Below are positions 48,172-58,627 of a stretch of 64,000 nucleotides of DNA, piece after piece; position 1 is the stretch's first letter, and every line of letters starts with the position of its first letter. The position numbers and the translations under genes are program-made. The DNA is from Tubulanus polymorphus (lineage: Eukaryota; Animalia; Nemertea). Location: positions 1,756,131 through 1,820,130 of the forward strand of contig NC_134033.1 in assembly GCF_964204645.1 (NCBI RefSeq). Direction: 5' to 3'. The notes beneath the pieces were generated by a model. It saw only the letters and a program-made list of their open reading frames with translations. It did no database searches and was not told where the DNA came from.

Positions 48172-48800
48172 GCTGAAGGGGTGCAGGGTCCAGGCTGAAG
48201 GGGTGCAGGGTCCAGGCTGAAGAGGGGCAGGGTCCAGGCTGAAGGGGTGCAGGCTGAGGAAGGTGCAGGGTCCAGGCTGAAGAGGGGCAGGGTCCAGGCT
48301 GAAGGGGTGCAGGCTGAGGAAGGTGCAGGGTCCAGGCTGAAGAGGGGCAGGGTCCAGGCTGAAGGGTGCAGGCTCCAGGCTGAGGAAGGTGCAGGGTCCA
48401 GGCTGAAGAGGGGCAGGGTCCAGGCTGAAGGGTGCAGGCTCCAGGCTGAGGAAGGTGCAGGGTCCAGGCTGAAGAGGGGCAGGGTCCAGGCTGAAGGGGT
48501 GCAGGCTCCAGGCTGAGGAAGGTGCAGGGTCCAGGCTGAAGAGGGGCAGGGTCCAGGCTGAAGGGTGCAGGCTCCAGGCTGAGGAAGGTGCAGGGTCCAG
48601 GCTGAAGAGGGGCAGGGTCCAGGCTGAAGGGTGCAGGCTCCAGGCTGAAGGGGTGCAGACTCCAGGCTGAGGATGGTGCAGGGTCCAGGCTGAAGGGGTG
48701 CAGGGTCCAGGCTGAAGGGTGCAGGGTCCAGGCTGAAGGGGTGCAGGGTCCAGGCTGAGGGGGTGCAGGGTCCAGGCTGAAGGGGTGCAGGGTCCAGGCT
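48172..48800. repeat. GC-rich ~22-bp minisatellite with variant units
   Basis: ccaggctgaaggggtgcagggt / ccaggctgaggaaggtgcagggt / ccaggctgaagaggggcagggt. Confidence 0.93.
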
Positions 48801-50829
48801 GCATATTGATCTGACAGTCCAAAAACCATTCTAGTCAAAAACACGAATTTGAAACCAAGATACAGTTAGTTTATTTTGTGTAACAATCATATACAAATAT
48901 TTATATCGTATTATATTATTTTATTAAAGAATTAAGAATATAAATTTCAATATATATATACGAATAATTATATCGTACAATAATAATAAGATATTAATGA
49001 GTAAACATACCGCGAAAAAGAAGTAAGAACGACTTTAAAACAAAATAATTCAAACCGACTGTCTCGCCGAAATTGGGACTAAGTTGTTGAAGATATTTCC
49101 GAGGGAAAGTTGGACCCCCGAAATTCTGAAGCCTTACCCGGTTCCACAGAGGTGGGTCGACAAAATTGTCACTCGCGGAATTAAGCGATTTTGAAAATGG
49201 CCTAATTTTAATTCCGGAGTTGAATCCGACCTTGCGCAACTGTGGAATTTATTACCGAAAATCTAGATTTAGGAATAAAATTATTGCTAATTTCCATACA
49301 TGGGCAATGAAGAGTTTTTTTTGCAACCAAAATAGTAATTTTTCGATTATGAAATATATATATACGGCTAATGATGGCAACTTCAGAGACTTAGGACCTA
49401 GTTCTAGAGTTTTATGGTTAAAATTTGACTCTAGTTCCATAGTCATGGCTTAGACTTGATATCAATTTAAGACCATCTTAGATTTACAACCAATCAACCA
49501 ACTTCAGACCAGTCTAAGCTCAGTTTGGTTCTATAACTCATCTAACAACTTAAGACCAGTCTAAGCTCATTTTAGTTCTATAGCCAATCTAACAACTTAA
49601 GACCAGTCTAAGCTCATTTTGGTTCTATAACCAATCTAACAACTTAAGACCGGTCTGAGCTCATTTCAGTTCTGTAGCCAATCTAACAACTTAAGACCAG
49701 TCTAAGCTCATTTTGGTTCTATAACCAATCTAACAATTTAAGACCGGTCTGAGCTCATTTCAGTTCTGTAGCCAATCTAACAACAACTTAAGACCATCTT
49801 AGTTCTATAGCCAATCTAACAACTTTAAGCTCGTTATGGTTCTATAGCAAGTCAAACAACTTTAAAACCAGTCTCGAGATTTAAGATGATTTTTGGATTG
49901 GACTAAAGTCTCGACTATGGAACCGGCCCCAAGGATTCAAACATCAGGAATGGACTAATTTTAACTCCAGTCAAACAACTGCAGAACAGGGTCCGGTCCT
50001 CTCAACTTGTGGGCTCCGATGCAACTGTGGAGACAAATTCAATGATAAAACTGTGAAACCCACAACCGGAGAACTTGGTCTCGATTTCAAATAGATAAAT
50101 GCCAAATTAGCCAAAAAAAGCCATTCAATTATTATAATATTGCTTCTTCAATTCCTAAAAGCGCTAAGAATGTATGTCTACAGTTCATGGAACGAAGGAC
50201 TAGGCAAAAGGTTCGATTTCTCATAGTATTTTCTATCGGAAAGTTTATGTGTATTCTATTATCATTCCCAATGAAAAACAGATTCTCCCGAAGAAAATGT
50301 ATTTCGAACCCAGAAAGGGTATAAGTAGCGAAGAAAGTCGTAGTACTAGCTAGCGTAGGAAGTGGGACAAAATATGACGTTTTTTTTTTGTGGTGGTTGG
50401 TTACAACGTAAAAATCGTGAGAAAATAACTGATTATAATTAATTAACCGTAATAATGAAATATTGTGAATTCTGGCATTGAATTTGTAAGTTATCGCAAC
50501 AAGGTTCTGTATATAATTCCCGGCAAACACAAAATCATAACAATAATCTCTAACTCTTACCGTTTTACTCCTAACAGTCCCGGGCAATTCGGGGCACAGA
50601 GCCCGGGGTCGGTTCGGTTTAGAGAAAGGAAAAACACAATATTTACGGTAAATAAAGAGGGGTGCGATGTGTTGAAATGGAACCAAAAACAAAATTTCCG
50701 CACTTTTTTCAGAATCCTCGCATTTCAGCATAAAACGACGAACCACAAATTCTAAAACGTAGTTATATCCCTGCGCGCGTAATCGCCGACGATCTCCACG
50801 GTTACGACGACAATAAACACGCGGCGGAA

Positions 50830-53800
50830 TTAAACGACGTCCGCAGCGTCATCGTCGTGGTTACTGTTACATCCGCCTGCGCGATCGTCCGATCGTTTAA
50901 TCAATACTTCCGTTTCTATCGGCAACGAGCGCGACATCTGTTCATTGTTTGTTCCGTCTGCCGCGTTCAAGGTCGACGACCTCTTTTGCTTCTTCTTCTT
51001 AGCAGACGTTTTATTTTTCGGTTTGGCAGACGGCGTCGACTGTCGACTTCCCGACGAACTGGCCGAGTTTTCTTTGTCATCTTCGACGCCTCCGACGGCA
51101 CCGCTTGAGCTAAAATCCGGATCCGGCGTGTTTGCTGAATTCGTAAGTCCGTGAACGGGCGCCGGAGGTTCCTCCTCGCTGTGACCGTCGACGAACCCGT
51201 TCAATCGAAGCGGCTCCTGCGAACAAGCGGCGGGAGTTTTTGATAAAATGGAAACGAGGGTCGGGCGTTCGTCGTCGTCGTCGTCGGAATAATCATCGTT
51301 GATTGTTAAAACTTGATTTCTGAACGCGGCCGGTAAACCTAGAAAATATCGACGCAAAATATTTATATTTCTCATTGCAGACTTTTGTGGCTTAAGGTCC
51401 ACTCTTACTAGGTGGCCACTCTTATTTGACTTGACTATTCCCTGATATACACCTTGTTTTCCCTGACTTGATCTGCTAAGAATCCAATCAATTAACACAG
51501 TCAAATACATAAGACATAGACGGATACTGTTTGATTCAACTGGTCTGAAGTTGTTAGATTGGCTAAAGATTTAAAATGACCTTAGACTGATCTTGGATTG
51601 GCTTAAGAACTAAAATCAACTTACACTGGTCTTAAGTTGTTAGATCGGCTCAAGAACTCAAGGCTCAAAAAAAATTAGCTTAGACTGGTCTTAAGCTGTA
51701 AGATTGTTTATAGAACTAAAATGAGCTTAGACTGGTCTTAAGTTGTTAGATTAGCTATAGAACCAAAATGAGTTTAGACTGATCTTAAGTTGTTAGATTG
51801 GTTATAGAACCAAAATGATCTTAGACTGGTCTTAAGTTGTTAGATTGACTATAGAACTAAAATGAGCTTAGACTGGTCTTAAGTTATTAGTTTGGCTTCA
51901 GAACAAAAATTCGCTTAATTGCCTGATTTTCCCTGATCTGTCAAAACCCTGATTTGAAAATCAATCAAAATCTACCAAAAATATTATCAAAAAATCGTAC
52001 CCGAACTTTCGAACGTGTTTCCGGCGCGAGCAGACGGAGCCGATAGTAACGGCGTCACCTCCGATACGCGACGCTCGTGGTCTTCATCCGAGTCGGAGTC
52101 CGTGTCCTCCGGGTCGTCGCCGGGGATTACCTTACGTTTACACACCGGACACGTCCGTTTATTGTTGAGTAACCACGGATCGACGCATTTTACGTGATAC
52201 GCTGAAAATAAGAGGAACACAATTACAAATCAGACATCAGTAATTTCTTTTTGGGGCAGCACATCAAACACTCGGGGATAGCAAACTTGTATTCAAAGAC
52301 AAGAAACTATATTCTTAAACTCTCCATGGCATTACAGCAAAACTATCTTCAAGCTCTGGATTGTCAGGGGAAAACTTTCTTCAAGGGGACCACGCTGGAC
52401 TGTCAGGGAACGACAAAATCTTTCTACAGGGACTCTCTCACAGTATTCAAAAACAGTAAACCACAGTTCTATGAGGGTCTATCAGCTCTATGAGGGTCTA
52501 TAAGCCATGCGAGGGTCTATCATCTGTGAGTGAGGGTCTATCATCCATGCGAGGGTCTATCAGCTCTATGAGGGTCTATCAGCTCTATGAGGGTCTATCA
52601 GCTGTGTTTGAGGGTCTATCAGCACTTACCGTGTGAACAGGGTAAAATCCTCATTTTATCTCCCTCCTCGTAGTCGTCGAGGCAGATCGCGCAGACGTCG
52701 TAATCGTCGCCCTTTTTGAACTTCTTCACCGGAATCTTCTTCAGATGTTGCGCAGATAAACGTGATTTTCGCCTCTTTCTGATGTCGCGAATCCATTTTA
52801 CGAGCTGCCATAAAAACAACCAAACAGACACAGATTACACTTTATTCCATATTATACCCCCCCCCTTCCAGAAAAGATGTCTACTTCCATAAACCCCCCT
52901 ATGACGTCATCAAATTCACCAAATTATAGAACAGATATATACACCCATAGATGCCCCTATACCTCAAATTCTAGGAAAGATGATTGCTTCCATATATCCC
53001 CCTATGACATAATTAAATAGAAAAGATATCTACTATAAATCCCCCTATGACATCATTAAATCTACCAAATCAAAGAAAAGCTACCTTCATAAATCCTCCC
53101 TATGACATCATTAAATCTACCAAATCAAAGAAAAGCTACCTTCATAAATCCCCCTATGACATCATCAGATTGCCGCCTAGTGTTTTTGATCAATCAAAAA
53201 ACGAACAGAATGTCGAATGATCCACACTTACCATGAATATGACCATTAATATGAAGCAGACGCCGACTACGATCGCGAACGGTAATAAATAATACTGCGG
53301 ATTCAAAGGCATCTCGCCATCTATAACTATCGTATAACTGTAAAAACAACAAACACGGAATTAATTCAAAGGGGATTAGTTGCATCAATTAACTTTCGGC
53401 TATTCGGGCCCCTATGCAGAGGATTTGATGAGACACCCGCCCCTACTATCAGGAGAAAGGGTTGATTTTTAAATTCCAAACGCCCTCTAACTTTGCGGCG
53501 GCGGCGTTTACATCAGCCCCTTGCACCCCCGCCCCCGTAATATCAATGATGAAGTATTTTCTTAAAACTGACCCGCTTTCGTAAGTGAACTGATCCATTA
53601 AACTCATACCGTCGTCTTCACCGATGAAACATGAGGGAATATCAACATCCAGATTACCTACGATAAAAATATTGAAAACATAGCTTAATTCACCCGACAG
53701 GTCTAAGTAAATACGGCTTAACCCTTTCAGTGCGTCTACACCGCAGTGCGGTGCATAAATCAGTGATAGATTTTGCTAGTTCACCGCACTGCGGTGTATT

Positions 53801-56503
53801 GATGTAATTAGTAGTAATTATCTCTCTCGAAAAATGGCAGCACCTGTCAAACATAGTGAAATATTAGTAACTAACAATACACCGCATCGTGGTGTAGACG
53901 CGCTATAGTGGTACGCCCGTTATTCAACACACTAAGGTGGAATTTTCTAAAATTTTCAAATTATCTCCAGCACTATAGGGTATTAATTAGTCAGCTCTGA
54001 AAGGGTTAATTCACCCTGGTTTAAGTAAATACGGCGAAGGCGGATTTAGATCCAGGGGGTCATGAGGGCTTCATGTTTAGACGATTACCTATTTTTGACT
54101 GGTCTCTTAACTTTTAACTGCCTTATCATATATAGAGAATCTTAAACTTCCCTGGGACAAGTTTTCTTCCTAAAAATGCTCTTAATATTGCGTCTAAGCC
54201 ATCTACAAATCTTATAATGCGACACATGCCTCCGAATGACTTTTCAATTATCGAAACATGTCCTTAAATGTGTCAGAAGACCTTCAAAATTAACCCTTGG
54301 ATTGGCCGTTAGGAGGTATAGAGATGATAGGTTTTCTAGGTTATTCTTACCGTGCATGTTTTTTATATCGTTTGAGCCGGTGTTATAAACAATAACTGCT
54401 TGATATCCGCTTTTCTGCGCGTTCAATACCTGCAATAATATCATTCACATAAACGTTCAATTCCTTTCATAGCTTTCACTTCCATATCATACTTCATCCG
54501 TAAACTCGATTTGATGATGTCATTGGGGGATTTGATGACGGCGGCCATCTTTTCTCGAAGGGTCTATAGATCTGATCAGTGGGCAATTTTCCGATTTAAG
54601 TGCAACATGTTAAATCAAAACTATTCTGGAGGGGTCTATGGATAAAGACACCAGTTGATTGTTAAATTTGATGATGTCATAGGGGGATTTATGGACGCAG
54701 CCATCTTTTCTAGAAGCGTCTATAGAACAAATCACTAGTAGACAGTTTGATGATGTCAAAGGGAGATTTATGGAGGCAGACATCTTTTCTAGAAGCGTCT
54801 ATAGAACAAATCACTAGTAGACAGTTTGATGATGTCATAGGGGGATTTATGGAGGCAGGCATCTTTCCTAGAAGCGTCTATAGAACAAATCACTAGCAGA
54901 CAGTTTGATGATGTCATAGGGGGATTTATGGAGGCAGGCATCTTTCCTAGAAGCGTCTATAGAACAAATCACTAGCAGACAGTTTGATGATGTCATAGGG
55001 GGATTTATGGAGGCAGGCATCTTTCCTAGAAGCGTCTATAGATCAAATCACTAGTAGACAGTTTGATGATGTCATAGGGGGATTTATGGAGGCCTTTCTA
55101 TTGATATACTTGATGATGTCATTGGATTTGTAGAGGTAACCATCAAAGCACTTTTAGGTTTTTCTCATTTCAGCTGAGTTTAAAAATTGACCTGTTTGGA
55201 CGCCTATCTACCCTCTACATATTACTCATGATCAAGCTAACAATAACAGACGCGGCAGAGAAATGAACTCGCCGATTAGGAGAAACAAGGTATCATTATT
55301 GAGCGTTAAATTATGTACCTTTATATCGAAGTTACAGTCGTGTCGTCTGACTAGTGCTATCCACTTGTAAGAATCTGTTAGATTGCGCGGGGGTGGTGGT
55401 TCTATCATTGTACACGCGTTCAGCGGATCAGCTATGACTAACAAACCCTGAAAACGAAATATAATCTTACAATTCTGGTAGCTTCACTGTTTGAAATTCA
55501 TGCAATTTACCAATATTCCCTGATATTTCTAACATTTCCCTGACCATAAATTAATGAGGGCTGTCTGTTATCAAGAGGTTCTTCGTGTCACTCGTCACCA
55601 GCAAGAACAACAAGACACCAAAAATTCAAATTCCCTGATTAAATTATAAGATATCCTCAGTGAGGACTGTTTCTTATCAAGAGGTTCCTCGTTTCACTCG
55701 TCACCAGCAAGAACAACAAGAGACCAAAAATTCAAATTCCCTGATTAGATTATAAGATATCCTCAGTGAGGGCTGTTTCTTATTAAGAGGTTCCTTGTGT
55801 CACTCGTCACCAGCAAGAACAACAAGAGACCAAAAATTCAAATTCCCTGATTAGATTATAAGATATCCTCAGTGAGGGCTGTCTCTTATCAAGAGGTTCA
55901 TTGTGGCACTTGTCACCAGCAAGAACAACAAGACACCAAAAACTCAAATTCCCTGATTAAATTATAAGATATCCTCAGTGATGGCTGTTTCTTATCAAGA
56001 GGTTCCTTGCGTCACTCATCACCAGAAAGAACAAGACACCAGAAACTCAAACCCCTGACTATTTCCTGATTTGAAAGAGAAGATTCGGAATTCCCTGTTT
56101 TTCCAATGCAGGGAAAAATAAATCTAGAATTCCCTGATTGCCAGTGATGCGTAAGAATCCCGTAGATGCGACCAATATGACCTTTTTGAACTATATTCAT
56201 GTATATTTACCCTGAAAGCGTTTCTACGGCCGAACGAAGGTCCGAAATCTGCCGGAGCGTCGAACATTTGATCGACGGTACGATTTTTCTGATTCAGCTA
56301 AAAAAACGAAATGAAAAAGCGAAAATCGTTAATCGTTAAATTTAAACCAGACAATCGTTAAAATGTTGCGACAATTCCCCCCGGTTACTTACGATCGTTA
56401 CGAAAGCCAACATCGTTTGGATTTGGCCGACGATCAGTCCGAGTAACAGCCAGTGCCGACATTTAGCAATACCCGACGACAACATATTCACCAGCAGCGC
56501 CAT
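50830..56503 (-). CDS. RNF13: PA-TM-RING E3 ubiquitin ligase RNF13/RNF167-like, ~493 aa, 9 coding exons
   Basis: Exons (minus): 56503-56393, 56297-56211, 55447-55319, 54429-54351, 53657-53573, 53337-53232, 52804-52630, 52201-52001, 51338-50830 (1482 nt). Signal peptide, PA domain ([21 protein letters not shown]), [20 protein letters not shown]2 [38 protein letters not shown] dileucine motif. Probable 5'-UTR exon ends at 57955. Confidence 0.93.
52470..52625. repeat. ~19-21-bp minisatellite
   Basis: Unit gagggtctatcagctctat. Confidence 0.85.
53722..54005. mobile_element. piggyBac-like MITE family C
   Basis: TTAA|CCCTTTCAGTGC ... CTCTGAAAGGG|TTAA. Confidence 0.8.
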
Positions 56504-56725
56504 CTGTACGCGTGTATCGGAATCAACTTCGGCTATTCAAATCAATAACAAATGAATAATTTTTTGATGTTTAGAACAAGTTTTGTATCCAGCCCAAGCT
56601 CCACGCGTAGAGGGTTCGAGGCTCAAGGCATTGAGAAGGGAGCTATCTCTGGGCAAGGTCCAGTTTTATGGGTAGTTAGAGAATCCAACTGCAGTCGAAT
56701 TCACAATTCCGCTAATGTTATTTAA

Positions 56726-56991
56726 CCCTTTCAGTGCGTCTAAATAGATCAGCGATAGATTTTGCTAGTACACCGCATTGGGGTGTAGTGATGTAATTAG
56801 TAATAATCTCTCTTGAAAAATGGCAGCACGTGTCAAACATAGTGAAATGCTAGTAACTAACGATACACCGCACCGCGGTGTAGACGCACTATAGAGGTAT
56901 TCCCGTTATTCAACATACTAGGGTGGAATTTTTAAAAATTTTCAAATTATCTCCAGCACTATAGGGCATTAATTAGTCAGCACTGAAAGGG
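56726..56991. mobile_element. piggyBac-like MITE family C
   Basis: TTAA|CCCTTTCAGTGC ... GCACTGAAAGGG|TTAA, perfect 12-bp TIRs. Confidence 0.82.
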
Positions 56992-57317
56992 TTAAGAATA
57001 AGTTGTTATGGTTAGGTTAGGTACTCAACCATTAGGGACACCTATAACTGCAGTCAATCAAGAGCTAAGTTTTAATTGTTCAAACAGTCCGGGAGTCTAA
57101 ATACTATATCTAAGTACGCACAGGCTTGAAAGCAGGGTCAGTTCATGAATAAATTAGATTTCGTAAAGCCTTCCATTGTCCTCTATGGCTCAGTGGGTAA
57201 GACTCCCGTATAAACATAGACATGGCCTTGAAATTGTTTTCCTTTTGGCAATGTGAAGAAATCAACAGCAATTAAGCCAAAAATATGAATTCTCGTGAAA
57301 ACTGGGCCACCCAGTCC

Positions 57318-57448
57318 CACAGGGGCTCGTATCAGAGTTGTAGGTAATGTAAAAACGATAATCTGTTAATCCAATGTCTATAGTATAGACATTGGATTAA
57401 CAGATTATCGTTTTTACATTACCTACAACTCTGATACGAGCCCCTGTG
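57318..57448. repeat. Perfect 131-bp palindrome (65-bp arms, 1-nt spacer)
   Basis: 57318-57382 is the exact reverse complement of 57384-57448. Confidence 0.92.
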
Positions 57449-57655
57449 CCGTCCCAGGACTCAGGGAATGTACGACTTTCTCAGTCTAAAAATCTGTTAT
57501 GTCTTATTTACTTACATTTATTAAGCCGCTACTAATACGGCTCTAGTTAGCCCGGCCTTTAGCCTGCCCTGGTAGGCATACTAGAGAAACCGTAAAATAC
57601 TACTAACTAAAAAAGGATTAAACAATTCTCTACTTGGGAATAATTCTCGGTAAGA

Positions 57656-57838
57656 TTCAAGAATAGGGGACTAGTGGTTAGGATTAGGGTTAGGATTAGG
57701 GTTAGGGTTAGGTTTAGTTCCCTAATCATCATTAATTACTATATACATTACTTATCATTATATCATCATTATCAATTACTAATTACTTAATTGATTACTA
57801 TCACTACATATATATTGCTATAGTCCCCTATTCTTGAA
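57656..57838. mobile_element. MITE-like element with 18-bp TIRs containing interstitial TTAGGG repeats
   Basis: TTCAAGAATAGGGGACTA ... TAGTCCCCTATTCTTGAA; (TTAGG[G/A])n at ~57678-57718. Confidence 0.65.
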
Positions 57839-57954
57839 AGATGGACCTACTGACCTAGAAAACCTGTCATGAATACGTCACACATACGACATAGCAATTA
57901 ATACGCTGGTTTTTCCATCAACGAAGACAAAAGGAATATTTTTCATGTACTTAC

Positions 57955-58627
57955 AGTTCTTGGGTTGGTCCGAATTCGGTGCCGATTTTCGCTTCAGTTC
58001 AAAAATATATGATCGTTAAGATTGTCATCTCGTCCCGAAAATCTATTCGAGGAAATAAACTGTTACTGATTAACTGTGGAAATAAACAGATATTAAGTCA
58101 CTAGGCTGTGACTTTGTTTACCAGAATAAATGGTGAAAGTCGACGTTCCGTCACAAGATGGCTGTGAGTCAACACCGAGGGTTCGAATCCCGTTAGTTCT
58201 CCTCGTGACAGCTATTAGGACAACTTGAACTTGAACTTGTACTTATTGCGCCGTGTATAACATTTACACATAGGTTAAGACATGCAATAATTAAATTGAC
58301 TGGACAAAACATTGAAGATAGGCATTTAGTTCGTACAAATTGGACAGTACAAACAAAGATTTTACGGAAAATGTCAGAAACAGGCAGAGTTCTAAAGATG
58401 AGGTCATTTCACTACTAAAATTTTTATGAACTTCGACTTTATTCCAAGGCAATCTAAAGTTGTTCTTCTTTGGAATTTTTTTAAGTTTGATCTAAAGGAG
58501 GCATCCTTAGCGTGAAACAGAACCAATAAGGCATTGCGCAATCACACCATGGATGGCAGCAGCTGCCGGTTTAGAAATTTGGGCGTTAGATGGCGCCACG
58601 TGACGGTTGGGAACGATAAGATTCAAT
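57955..58627. promoter_or_regulatory. Bidirectional promoter region RNF13(-)/CDC16(+)
   Basis: Head-to-head genes; YY1-like CAAGATGGC (58154) and AGATGGCG (58588); CCAAT at ~58523. Confidence 0.5.

Noticed and set aside
48086-48844. 252-aa and 217-aa ORFs
   Set aside because: Translations of the GC-rich minisatellite, with no splice or homology support.
50132-50746. 204-aa minus-strand ORF just downstream of the RNF13 stop
   Set aside because: AT-rich composition, non-ATG start, no recognisable motifs; probably 3' UTR. Ribosome profiling would be needed to revive it.
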